64,000 nucleotides of DNA from Acidimicrobiia bacterium (lineage in GTDB: Bacteria; Actinomycetota; Acidimicrobiia; Spongiisociales; ZC4RG35): the NCBI GenBank assembly GCA_040880765.1, contig JBBDHT010000067.1:8141-72140 (forward strand), given 5' to 3'. The first letter of the stretch is position 1. Each line of letters starts with the position of its first letter. Below the pieces are notes generated by a model. That model had not been told where the DNA came from. It saw only the letters and a program-made list of their open reading frames with translations, and did not search any database. Shown piece by piece: positions 36,358-44,857 of the stretch. Position numbers and translations under genes: made by a program.

Positions 36358-37128
36358 CTAGAAAGAAGAGAGGTCGAGGTGGTACGGTCGCCCGGTCGCC
36401 CGGAAGTATCCCACGTTGACACATCTGGTTGCCCCGATCCTCCAGCGTGACGCCTGCGGCTGGTGCACATCGCCGAAGAGGTGCATCCGGGGTTGGGCCC
36501 GACGGATGTACTCGAGGATGGGCTGGGAGCTTCGCTCCTTGCGACCGGTGATGACATCTGTCTCCAGCGGCCCGAGCGCCGGGGCCACGTGGGTGCAGAG
36601 AATGTCGACCTCTCCCAGTGTCTCGAGTATTGCCCGCATCTCGTCGTCCGATATCTCGCCGGCCGCCTGCATCGGGGTGGCCACTCCCCCACCGGCGAAC
36701 CCGAAGCTCACGCCTTCGATTTCAACTCGTTTGCCGTGCACATACTCGAACCCGTCGGGCAGCGACGCAGCCAGACTGGCCGGACGGTCGACATTCCCGT
36801 GGATCACGAAGCCACGGGCATTCTCGAGAACAACCGAGAGCATCCTGTACTGGTCGGCAATTGCCCTCTCGATGCCCTCCCGCGCCTCCTTCGGGTCGCC
36901 GGGGCGGGCTTGCCACATTGACCGCATCTTCTCGAAGTCGCCTTCACCACGAGCACGGGCCGCGTCACGGGCAAAATCGATGCCCAATGCGGATGCGACC
37001 GCTCCCTCTCCCGTTCTGTAGTCGGTGAGATTGGCGAGATCCCCGAGGATCAGCAGTGGCTCCTTGCCGGTTGCAAGTGCGGCGAGGGCGTCGAAGGCGC
37101 CGTGAACGTCAGATACAACGAGCATCAA
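36358..37128 (-). CDS. Calcineurin-like metallophosphoesterase
   Basis: VSDVHG ... GDL ... GNVD ... CTHVAP metal-ligand motifs. Confidence 0.8.
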   Translation of the reverse strand: MMLVVSDVHGAFDALAALATGKEPLLILGDLANLTDYRTGEGAVASALGIDFARDAARARGEGDFEKMRSMWQARPGDPKEAREGIERAIADQYRMLSVVLENARGFVIHGNVDRPASLAASLPDGFEYVHGKRVEIEGVSFGFAGGGVATPMQAAGEISDDEMRAILETLGEVDILCTHVAPALGPLETDVITGRKERSSQPILEYIRRAQPRMHLFGDVHQPQASRWRIGATRCVNVGYFRATGRPYHLDLSSF

Positions 37129-37421
37129 GGACCGGCATTGGGGCCGGTTGCGTACCTGACCCAGAGCACACCGATGAACCCGGCGATAATGGCGATGATA
37201 AGGGCAACCGGCCAGGAGAAGTCCAAGGGGGAGAACTCGGCCGCCATACCCCCGATCCCGAAGCCGAGGACGGCGCCAACCCCGAGCCTCCCCCGCAGGC
37301 CGAGCCGGGCACCGGGGTCGCGGTCGTCTCGCTTCAGGTTCTCGGCGAGGGCTCCACCCATGACGATCACAAGGACCGCGACAAATCCGAGCGCGAGCAT
37401 CAGGGCATAGACGATGACCAT
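37125..37421 (-). CDS. Small hypothetical membrane protein (98 aa)
   Basis: Two to three TM helices. ATGA overlap with the metallophosphoesterase gene, making it the first gene of the operon. Confidence 0.45.
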   Translation of the reverse strand: MVIVYALMLALGFVAVLVIVMGGALAENLKRDDRDPGARLGLRGRLGVGAVLGFGIGGMAAEFSPLDFSWPVALIIAIIAGFIGVLWVRYATGPNAGP

Positions 37422-37705
37422 TTCGGTGAGGATAACGGGCGGAGTCGCCCTATCAGTCCTACCTCACGACGCCCTTCGGTCGGTGGGCACCAGCCGAAGC
37501 TTCGGCACCAGACCGGTGTCAGCAAGGTTGTCGAGGGCCGCCACTTCATCGTCGGTCAATTCGACCGGCCCGATCTGGAGCAGAACCGACACAACACAGT
37601 CGTCACACGCCGATGTGTTCTTCATCGCGCACACGTCACAGTCGATCAGCATCTCGTCTCCTTTCCACTCATCAAAGTACAACCCGGCTATGACAGATTC
37701 GACAG

Positions 37706-37735
37706 ACAAAAAAGAGCCCCCGGATCCGGGGGCTC
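37706..37735 (-). terminator. Rho-independent terminator after the opuC-like substrate-binding protein gene
   Basis: Perfect 10-bp stem GAGCCCCCGG-atc-CCGGGGGCTC. On the minus strand it is followed by TTTTTTGTC, 24 nt after the SBP stop. Confidence 0.6.
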
Positions 37736-37758
37736 TCTCTCTACGATCTTCGACGTGC

Positions 37759-38670
37759 TCAGCCGTCGATGAATCCGTTGTCAACAAGCCACTCTGTGGC
37801 CAGCGCCGACGGATCCTCCTGGTCGATATCGGCACGTTTGTTCATCTCGGTGAGATCTTCGGTGTTGAGAGCCGAAGACACACGATTGAGCAGGTCGCTC
37901 AGATCGTCACCGTAAGCCTCTAGGACGTCGGTTCTGATAGCCGGAACCAGGTTCTCGGCCGGATTCAATCCCATGTCATCGTCCAGGGAGACCCATCCGC
38001 GGTCGGCGATGATGCCCTGTGTTGTGAACAGGAGCGCCACATCGATCTCGCCGCTTTCGAGGGCGGCGATCGTTATCGGCCCGGCCACATCGAGCGGAGT
38101 GAACTCGGCAAATTCGAGGCCATACACCTCAGTCAGGCCGATCAGGCAGAACTCTCTTTCCGGGCACTCCGGCGGCCCACCAAAGACCAGCTCGCCGGCG
38201 ACCGGCTGCAGGTCGGAGACCGTGCTCAGACCGTATTCGGCTGCGGTTTCGGCGGTGACCACGTAGGCGTTTTTGTCCTGGGCGGGGCTGTACTGGAGCA
38301 GCGTCACCCCGGTCTCCTCGAAGGCAGCCTTGGCGTCGTTCCACGTCGACTCTGAGTCGGCGGTGGGTGTCGCCCCAAGGAAGCCGGCAAGGGTGCCTAC
38401 ATACTCGGGTACGAGGTCGATCTCGCCGGACTCGAGAGCCGGTTTCACGACCTCCCGGTTACCCAGGTTGAGTTTCCGCTCTACTTCGTATCCCTCGGCT
38501 TCGAGAGCCTGGGCATAGATCTCAGCCACGATCACTGACTCGTTGAATGCAAACGAGCCAACGGCTATCGGCTCTCCATCACCAGCACTGTCACCCGATC
38601 CACAGGCAGTTGCCACCAATGACAACGCCAGGATCGCCCCAACAGCACGTTTGCGGACAAGTTTCCGCAT
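37759..38670 (-). CDS. Glycine betaine/choline/carnitine ABC transporter substrate-binding lipoprotein (OpuCC/OpuBC type)
   Basis: Lipoprotein signal LVATAC and OpuAC-family substrate-binding fold motifs. Confidence 0.85.
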   Translation of the reverse strand: MRKLVRKRAVGAILALSLVATACGSGDSAGDGEPIAVGSFAFNESVIVAEIYAQALEAEGYEVERKLNLGNREVVKPALESGEIDLVPEYVGTLAGFLGATPTADSESTWNDAKAAFEETGVTLLQYSPAQDKNAYVVTAETAAEYGLSTVSDLQPVAGELVFGGPPECPEREFCLIGLTEVYGLEFAEFTPLDVAGPITIAALESGEIDVALLFTTQGIIADRGWVSLDDDMGLNPAENLVPAIRTDVLEAYGDDLSDLLNRVSSALNTEDLTEMNKRADIDQEDPSALATEWLVDNGFIDG

Positions 38671-38781
38671 GGGTTTCTCCTTTATATAGTTGATTTGGCA
38701 CCCGATCCGTCGGTCATTGTCCGACCGACAGTGCGAGCGCCGATAAGACCCAACCTTATGCAGGCCCGGGGGATTCCCGAT

Positions 38782-39468
38782 TTATCCGGCGACTTTGAGG
38801 CCTTTTGGTGTCACTGCCCTTTGGATCAGGCTGAAACCGAACTCGGCGATGATCGCCAACAGTCCGACGGCCAACGCACCGAAGAGGATCTCGCCGTTGT
38901 CCCTGACCGCGAACCCATCGATGATGTAGCGGCCCAAGCCTCCCCAGGCGACGATGGCACCGAGGGTGGCAGTCGCAATCACCTGGACGAATGCGATGCG
39001 GAGCCCCTCCATGACCAGGGGCATGGCCATCGGCAATTCGATCCCGACCAGGATCTGGCGCTCGGTAAGGCCCATCCCGCGCGCGGCTTCGATGGTCGCC
39101 GGTTCGACAGCCTGAATCCCTGCGATGGTGTTGGTGAACACCGGGGGCGCGGCGAGGGCGATGAGCGCAACCAGGATCGACCATGGCGTTCCCACCCCGG
39201 CACCCATCTCGACGAGGACAACGAAGGCGATTGCCAGGATCCCGAACGACGGAAGGGCGCGCCCGATGTTTACCACCGCCGTAGCCGCCTGCGAGCCCTT
39301 TCTTATATGCCCCAGATACAACGCCATGGGAAATACGAGCACAAAAGCAATCACGGTGGCTGCGACCGAGACCCACACATGGTCGAAGAGCCTGATCCAG
39401 AAAGATCCCGGGCCGCTCCAGGTCGCCGGGTCGGCCACGTAATCGACAAACTGATCCCAGATTCCCAT
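38782..39468 (-). CDS. Osmoprotectant ABC transporter permease (second)
   Basis: BPD-transporter EAA-like loop and 5-6 TM segments. Start MGIWDQ... gives a TGATG overlap with the upstream permease stop. The track ORF N-terminal extension is rejected. Confidence 0.85.
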   Translation of the reverse strand: MGIWDQFVDYVADPATWSGPGSFWIRLFDHVWVSVAATVIAFVLVFPMALYLGHIRKGSQAATAVVNIGRALPSFGILAIAFVVLVEMGAGVGTPWSILVALIALAAPPVFTNTIAGIQAVEPATIEAARGMGLTERQILVGIELPMAMPLVMEGLRIAFVQVIATATLGAIVAWGGLGRYIIDGFAVRDNGEILFGALAVGLLAIIAEFGFSLIQRAVTPKGLKVAG

Positions 39469-40136
39469 CAGGTATTCGCCTTTGCCCATGGGCTCAAGAC
39501 CCGCTGGACCGCGATGAATAGGACATCGAGAATGGTCGCGAGGACTACTGAGAGGACCACTCCAACAATCAGTTGCGTCCAAAAGAAGGTGTTCAGCCCT
39601 CTGAGAATGAAAAAGCCATACCCGCCTAGCCCGATCACGGCAGTCACAGTCACCAGGCCAACCGTCGTCACGGTGGCGATCCGCATCCCTGCGATGATCA
39701 CGGGCAGCGCCAGCGGAACCTCCATTTTCCAGAACCTGGCGCGCCGGGTGTATCCCATCCCGTCGGCGGCCTCCTTGACTTCCTCCGGCACACCATCGAT
39801 GCCGGCAACGATGTTTCTGATCAATATGAAGAGGGTGTATGAAGTGAGCGCGATGATCGCTGTTGTGTCGCTGAGGCCGGTAAATGGGACGAGCAGGGCG
39901 AACAATGCGAGAGAAGGGATCGTGTAGAGCAGACCGGTGAATCCGGTTATCGACGGATACGCCCACCGCCAGCGGAGCACGAAGATCGTGAGTCCGACCG
40001 AAATCAACAGTCCGAGACCCACCGATATCCCGGTGAGTTTGAGGTGCTCCCAGGTTCGATCGACTATTTGGTCCATATTCCGTTCGACCCAGGACCAGTC
40101 GATGAGTGGGGCGGACTGCCCCAGAACCGAATTCAC
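39468..40136 (-). CDS. Osmoprotectant ABC transporter permease (first)
   Basis: Polytopic ABC transporter permease fold. ATGA overlap with the ATPase gene. Confidence 0.85.
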   Translation of the reverse strand: MNSVLGQSAPLIDWSWVERNMDQIVDRTWEHLKLTGISVGLGLLISVGLTIFVLRWRWAYPSITGFTGLLYTIPSLALFALLVPFTGLSDTTAIIALTSYTLFILIRNIVAGIDGVPEEVKEAADGMGYTRRARFWKMEVPLALPVIIAGMRIATVTTVGLVTVTAVIGLGGYGFFILRGLNTFFWTQLIVGVVLSVVLATILDVLFIAVQRVLSPWAKANT

Positions 40137-41224
40137 TCCGTGATCTCCTCGGCGATCACTTCGAGGTCCAGCATCCCCTGGTACTCGCCGTCGTCGACGA
40201 CAACTGCGATGCGGGCGTGGCCGGTAACCACCGCGTCCAGCGCTTCACGCAGTGTGGATCGGGGAGAAAGAGAGGCCGCAAACGGCCGCGGCTCCACCCC
40301 CTCTAGCCCCGATGCGTTGAGGTCGACTCGGTCGACCCAGCCAAGAAGTCTCTTCCCGTCGAGGACCCCGATCCAGTCGATCCCGTTATCCGACATGATC
40401 CGTTCGGCTTCCTCGCGAGATCCGCTGCGGTCGATCATCGGCCCCGGTATCAAGTCGGCCGAGCTGATCGGCAGAAGGCCGAGCCGTTTCAGGCCACGCT
40501 CGCCACCGAGGAAGTCTTCGACAAACTCATTGGCCGGCTCGCTGAGGATCACCTCGGGGGTGTCGTACTGCTCGAGGATGCCACCGGTGTTGAGAATGGC
40601 GATCCTCGTACCGAGAAAGATGGCCTCGTCGATGTCGTGGGTCACGAACACCACGGTCTTGCCTAGCTTGTGCTGGAGGGTGAGGAATTCCCTCTGCAGG
40701 TGGCCGCGAACAATCGGGTCGACCGCGCCGAACGGCTCATCCATCAACAGGACCGGTGGGTCGGCGGCGAGCGCTCGAGCGACTCCAACCCTCTGTTGTT
40801 GCCCACCGGACAGCTCGGCCGGATATCGGTCGAGCATCTCGGTCTCCAGACCGACGACATCGATCAGCTGAGCGGTTCGGGCACGGATTCTCGATTGGTC
40901 CCAGCCGAGCAGGCCGGGGACGGTGGCGATGTTCTGAGCAATCGTACGGTGCGGAAAAAGACCGATCTGCTGGATGACATAACCGATAGAACGTCGCAAT
41001 TCGTATGCCGGCATCGAGAGCGCCTCAACGCCATCGATCTGGATGGAGCCACCGGTCGGCTCGATGATTCGGTTGATCATCTTCAGGGTTGTTGTCTTCC
41101 CGCAACCCGACGGTCCAACCAGGGTCACGAACTCGCCCCTGCCGACGTCGAGGCTCAGCCTGTCGACGGCCGGGGTCGCTGCTCCCGGATAGTGCTTTGA
41201 CACTTCCTCGAGCCGGATCATCAC
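40133..41224 (-). CDS. Osmoprotectant ABC transporter ATP-binding protein with tandem C-terminal CBS domains (OpuCA/OpuBA-like)
   Basis: Walker A GPSGCGKTT, signature LSGGQQQRV, Walker B LLMDEP and a C-terminal CBS pair. Confidence 0.9.
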   Translation of the reverse strand: MMIRLEEVSKHYPGAATPAVDRLSLDVGRGEFVTLVGPSGCGKTTTLKMINRIIEPTGGSIQIDGVEALSMPAYELRRSIGYVIQQIGLFPHRTIAQNIATVPGLLGWDQSRIRARTAQLIDVVGLETEMLDRYPAELSGGQQQRVGVARALAADPPVLLMDEPFGAVDPIVRGHLQREFLTLQHKLGKTVVFVTHDIDEAIFLGTRIAILNTGGILEQYDTPEVILSEPANEFVEDFLGGERGLKRLGLLPISSADLIPGPMIDRSGSREEAERIMSDNGIDWIGVLDGKRLLGWVDRVDLNASGLEGVEPRPFAASLSPRSTLREALDAVVTGHARIAVVVDDGEYQGMLDLEVIAEEITE

Positions 41225-41283
41225 TTCGGTTGCGACCGCTCACCTCTCTTCGGTTGGGTGGACTTTAGAGGTTCGCAAATCGC

Positions 41284-42195
41284 TTATTCGAGGCTGGCGA
41301 TGAACTCCAGGATGGCGTTGACGTATTGATCACCGAGCACGTCGAAGGATTCGACATGATCGGCACCTTCGACCTGGACCAACCTAACCCGGTCGGGATT
41401 GGTCAGAGCGAAGTCGATACTGGTCTCGATCGGGACCTTGAGGTCAGCGGTACCGTGATGGACCAGCACCGGGGTCTTGAGGCTGACTTCCGAGCTCTCC
41501 ACATAGTCCAACGTCCGCCAGCTGACACCGAGCCGCAGGGAAGTCATGAACTTGGCCACGGCACTGAGACTCTCCGGCACATTGAACGGAAGCACGGGCA
41601 ATCCTCGCTGTGCGGCGTTGTAGTTGACCGTCTCCCCGAAGTCGATGTTGGGTGAGTCGAAGTGAGCGCCGATAACTCGATCGCGAACTTCTCGATAAAC
41701 GAAACCGAGTGTGTGGGCGGCCCCTGTGGAATAGGCGTTGATGAAGACCTGGTCGGCTCCATTCTCCAAGGCATAGTCGACGGCGTCGCTGACATCGCGG
41801 TACTCGGTGGCCCCGTACTGATAGAACCCTGAAGGGTCGTCGGGCTGGCCGTCATCGTTTCGGTACGTGATGGCCAACTGCGGATAGCCCGCATCCTGTA
41901 GCGGAGTGAAGAGGGGCTCGGCCTCAGCCGGGATGGTGCCGAGCCCATGGACATGAATCACCCAGGTGTCGCCATCGGAAGGCAGGTACCACGCATCCAT
42001 CGACCCGAGCTCGGTCTCGTATTCGACAAGCTCCAACTCGTAGTCGCCGCGGGTGACGGTGATCGGGTCGGCGTCGATGACAAATGCGTCGTCTATCAAC
42101 TCTCCTGAGAAGTACCAGCCGCCCGCAGCATGAAAGACAATTGCAATGGCCACCACCGACCAGAAGAGGCCGCGAAAAAAGGTTTTAGAGTTCAC
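41284..42195 (-). CDS. Alpha/beta hydrolase (secreted or membrane-anchored)
   Basis: N-terminal TM/signal segment, nucleophile-elbow-like AYSTGA and Asp/His downstream. Confidence 0.65.
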   Translation of the reverse strand: MNSKTFFRGLFWSVVAIAIVFHAAGGWYFSGELIDDAFVIDADPITVTRGDYELELVEYETELGSMDAWYLPSDGDTWVIHVHGLGTIPAEAEPLFTPLQDAGYPQLAITYRNDDGQPDDPSGFYQYGATEYRDVSDAVDYALENGADQVFINAYSTGAAHTLGFVYREVRDRVIGAHFDSPNIDFGETVNYNAAQRGLPVLPFNVPESLSAVAKFMTSLRLGVSWRTLDYVESSEVSLKTPVLVHHGTADLKVPIETSIDFALTNPDRVRLVQVEGADHVESFDVLGDQYVNAILEFIASLE

Positions 42196-42215
42196 CCGCC
42201 TGATTCTGCCCGATT

Positions 42216-43115
42216 TCAGGCCGCTGGCAAGGACAAACCGCCAACCAGATGATCTTCGTGGTCGGTTACAGGTATCGGATCATCGCCGAATGTCTCTCCC
42301 AATGGACGTGCTTCTTCGATGGTCGCATCGACCTTTGTCGACACCGGATCATCCATCACACTGGCCACTGTCCGGTTCCCGACCCCGCTCAGCTCCTCCC
42401 GCCGCACCACGCCAACCAGCACTCCTTCCTCTGCCACGGCAAGAACATTCTCGGTGTGTAAGCGGAGGGTGTCGGCTGCTTGGAGGAGGGGCGCCACATA
42501 GACGGGTTCGGTCATGAACCGGTACACCCGATCGGGAGCCGACTTGACCATCACCGCTCCGGCCCTGGCGGCCCCTCTGATCCGGGTACCAGAGCCGAAC
42601 CTGGATCGTCTGAGCCATTCGCCTCCGGGGGCTCCGACCACCATGAGCGATCCCTCCTCTGCGGTTTCCGCGAGTTCGTTCATGTCCTGGGCCTGGACGA
42701 CCCTCCGTTCAGCACCCGGGAAGCGCACACCGTATTGGGCTACGATCTTCATCGCATCTCCCAGGCCGCCGGCGTCCTGATGCGCGGACACGATCTCGAG
42801 CGGTACATCGAGCACATTGGAGATGTGGGCGGCCGTGCTCACCGCGAGTTCTGAATGGGGGCCGCCTGCCACTGTGGCAGAGACCCTGGTGACGCGGTCA
42901 CGGTCGAAGTCGACCGGCACCGCGACATTGGCGAGGTCAAAAGACCCGGGCATCTTCTTGGCGACGATCAGGTCGGCACGATGATCCAGACAGGCCCGGA
43001 CGAGATCGCCCTGGATACGGTCTGGCTCACCGGTGGAGAGTATCTCCGCGAGTTCGAGACAGCCTTTCCCCCGTGTCCATACGACATTCTGTTCCGGTCG
43101 GGATTGTGAATTCAT
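42216..43115 (-). CDS. Universal stress protein domain fused to a CBS pair
   Basis: Usp ATP-binding motif G-x2-G-x9-G-S (VVGAPGGEWLRRSRFGSGT) followed by tandem CBS domains. Confidence 0.7.
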   Translation of the reverse strand: MNSQSRPEQNVVWTRGKGCLELAEILSTGEPDRIQGDLVRACLDHRADLIVAKKMPGSFDLANVAVPVDFDRDRVTRVSATVAGGPHSELAVSTAAHISNVLDVPLEIVSAHQDAGGLGDAMKIVAQYGVRFPGAERRVVQAQDMNELAETAEEGSLMVVGAPGGEWLRRSRFGSGTRIRGAARAGAVMVKSAPDRVYRFMTEPVYVAPLLQAADTLRLHTENVLAVAEEGVLVGVVRREELSGVGNRTVASVMDDPVSTKVDATIEEARPLGETFGDDPIPVTDHEDHLVGGLSLPAA

Positions 43116-43210
43116 CTCTCCCTTTCGATTCTGCCAGAAGTCACCGGTTGATGGCGTTCCGTGGAGCCTCGCCCCCCGATCATCGTAGAGCGGTATGACA
43201 GAATGTCTCT

Positions 43211-43810
43211 ATGGAATTTAGTGAGGTGCTCGCCCGCCGCCGCATGGTCCGAAACTACAGCAGCGAACCGGTCGACGCCGGGACACTCTCCCGTGTGGCG
43301 TCAGCCGCCTTCCGGGCGCCCTCTGCGGGCAACGCCCAGGGCCTTGCGATCGTGGTTGTGACCGACCAGGAACGGCGGAAAGCGATTGCAGGCCTGGCCG
43401 ACGAACCTGCATATGTCGCTGCCGGCTTCGACCCGTGGATTTCCCGTGCCCCGGCGCACGTCGTGATCTCGGTCTCGGAGCAGGTCTATCACGATCGCTA
43501 CCGCGAGTCTGACAAACTCGACGACTCGGGAGAGGAGATCGCCTGGCCGGTGCCCTACTGGTGGGTCGACGCCGGTGCGGCGATGATGGCCGTGCTGCTC
43601 GCCGCCGTTGACGAGGGGCTGGCAGCCGGGTTCCTCGGAGTCCACTCGATCCCCGACCTGCAGACGTTGCTCGAGATCCCGGACCATTTCCACCCGATAG
43701 GGCTGATAACCGTGGGTGTGCCCGCCCCGGATCGGAGGTCAAAAAGCCTCGACCGGGGGCAACGGCCGCTCCACGAGACTCTCCACTTCGAGACCTATAC
43801 AGCGCCCTGA
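43211..43810 (+). CDS. Nitroreductase family protein
   Basis: RRMVRNYSSEPV ... FRAPSAGNAQ motifs. Confidence 0.8.
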   Translation: MEFSEVLARRRMVRNYSSEPVDAGTLSRVASAAFRAPSAGNAQGLAIVVVTDQERRKAIAGLADEPAYVAAGFDPWISRAPAHVVISVSEQVYHDRYRESDKLDDSGEEIAWPVPYWWVDAGAAMMAVLLAAVDEGLAAGFLGVHSIPDLQTLLEIPDHFHPIGLITVGVPAPDRRSKSLDRGQRPLHETLHFETYTAP

Positions 43811-44586
43811 CAACGCTGACGAACCGCCTCGTAGACAATCAGCGCGGCGGCCACTGACGTGTTGAGGGAGTCCGCCGCCCCTCGCATCGGAACCGAAACT
43901 GTCTCGCGGGCATTGTCGATGGCGTCACCGGACAGTCCGGTCGCCTCGGCACCCACCCAGACCGCACAAGGTCCGCTCAGATCGGCCTCCCAGTACGTGG
44001 AGGAGGCTTCGGGGGAAGCAGCCACCGATCGGATATCGTGATCACTGAGCCATCCCGCTGCGGAGGTGAAGTCCGCGGTCGCGATCGGCACCGTGAACAG
44101 ACAACCCGTCGACGATCTGACGGTGTTGGGGTTGAATAGGTCGGCGGCCGGCTCGACCAGGATCACGCCATCGACTCCGGCACCGTCGGCGATCCTGAGC
44201 AGCGCACCCAGGTTTCCGGGTTTCTCCATTCCCTCGACGATCAACAGCAGCGGATCTCCCGGTCGATCTTCCAAGGAATGCAGTCCGCCCAGGCTGGTCT
44301 CGAAATAGGGGAATAGGGAGATTATCCCCGTCGAGGCGCGGCGGTACGACGCCTTGTCGATCGCCTCCCGGCTCATTGTCCGGTGTGGTAGGTCGAAGGT
44401 CTCCGGTCCGACGTCGGGGCAGATGTAGGTGTCCACCGGGACGTGGCCGCTTTGCAACGCCCGCATTATCACCCGCGGCTCCTCGACCACGAACAACCTC
44501 TCCTCGTCGCGGTGGCGGCGCTGCTGGAGGCGGACCAGGCGCTTGACTTGCTCGTTGCCCGGTGAAGAAACGTCGTACCCGGACAA
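43795..44586 (-). CDS. TrmH/SpoU-family RNA 2'-O-methyltransferase
   Basis: SpoU motifs (EGMEKPGNLGALLRIADGAG and C-terminal knot motifs). Its 3' end is convergent with the nitroreductase gene and overlaps it by 16 nt. Confidence 0.85.
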   Translation of the reverse strand: MSGYDVSSPGNEQVKRLVRLQQRRHRDEERLFVVEEPRVIMRALQSGHVPVDTYICPDVGPETFDLPHRTMSREAIDKASYRRASTGIISLFPYFETSLGGLHSLEDRPGDPLLLIVEGMEKPGNLGALLRIADGAGVDGVILVEPAADLFNPNTVRSSTGCLFTVPIATADFTSAAGWLSDHDIRSVAASPEASSTYWEADLSGPCAVWVGAEATGLSGDAIDNARETVSVPMRGAADSLNTSVAAALIVYEAVRQRCQGAV

Positions 44587-44589
44587 GTT

Positions 44590-44823
44590 CTACTCGCCGC
44601 CGCTGGAGCCCGGCGGGAGCATCCGCTCCAGAATCTCGAGCGCCAACTCGGTGTCGGCAGCTCGCACCAGGACCTTCACCCCCGAATACACCTCGAGTTG
44701 CGGCACCGCTCCCGAGGCCGAGTCGGTCTGAATCATCGAGTCGACCCCGCTGGCGGCAAGCTTCGCCTTGACCAGATTTGCCTCTGCCGAGGAGTTGTAC
44801 TTCCCGATCTGCACCAGTTCCAT
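44590..44823 (-). CDS. DUF2007-like small protein
   Basis: 77-aa core MELVQIGKYNSSAEANLVKAKLAASGVD... The track ORF N-terminal extension overlaps the divergent gene and is rejected. Confidence 0.5.
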   Translation of the reverse strand: MELVQIGKYNSSAEANLVKAKLAASGVDSMIQTDSASGAVPQLEVYSGVKVLVRAADTELALEILERMLPPGSSGGE

Positions 44824-44857
44824 GAATCCAGACTCTAATACTTGCCAAATCGAACAT

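Noticed and set aside
35880-36692. 270-aa version of the SRPBCC gene
   Set aside because: The first 124 aa are Ser/Arg/Thr-rich low-complexity sequence created by an open frame antisense-like extension. The conserved SRPBCC fold starts at MTEGTF (36323). The same reasoning applies to ltaE (31812..33128 trimmed to 32837), DUF3040 (25397..26026 trimmed to 25702), DUF2007, ccmA, the second opu permease and murG/murD/murE N-terminal extensions.
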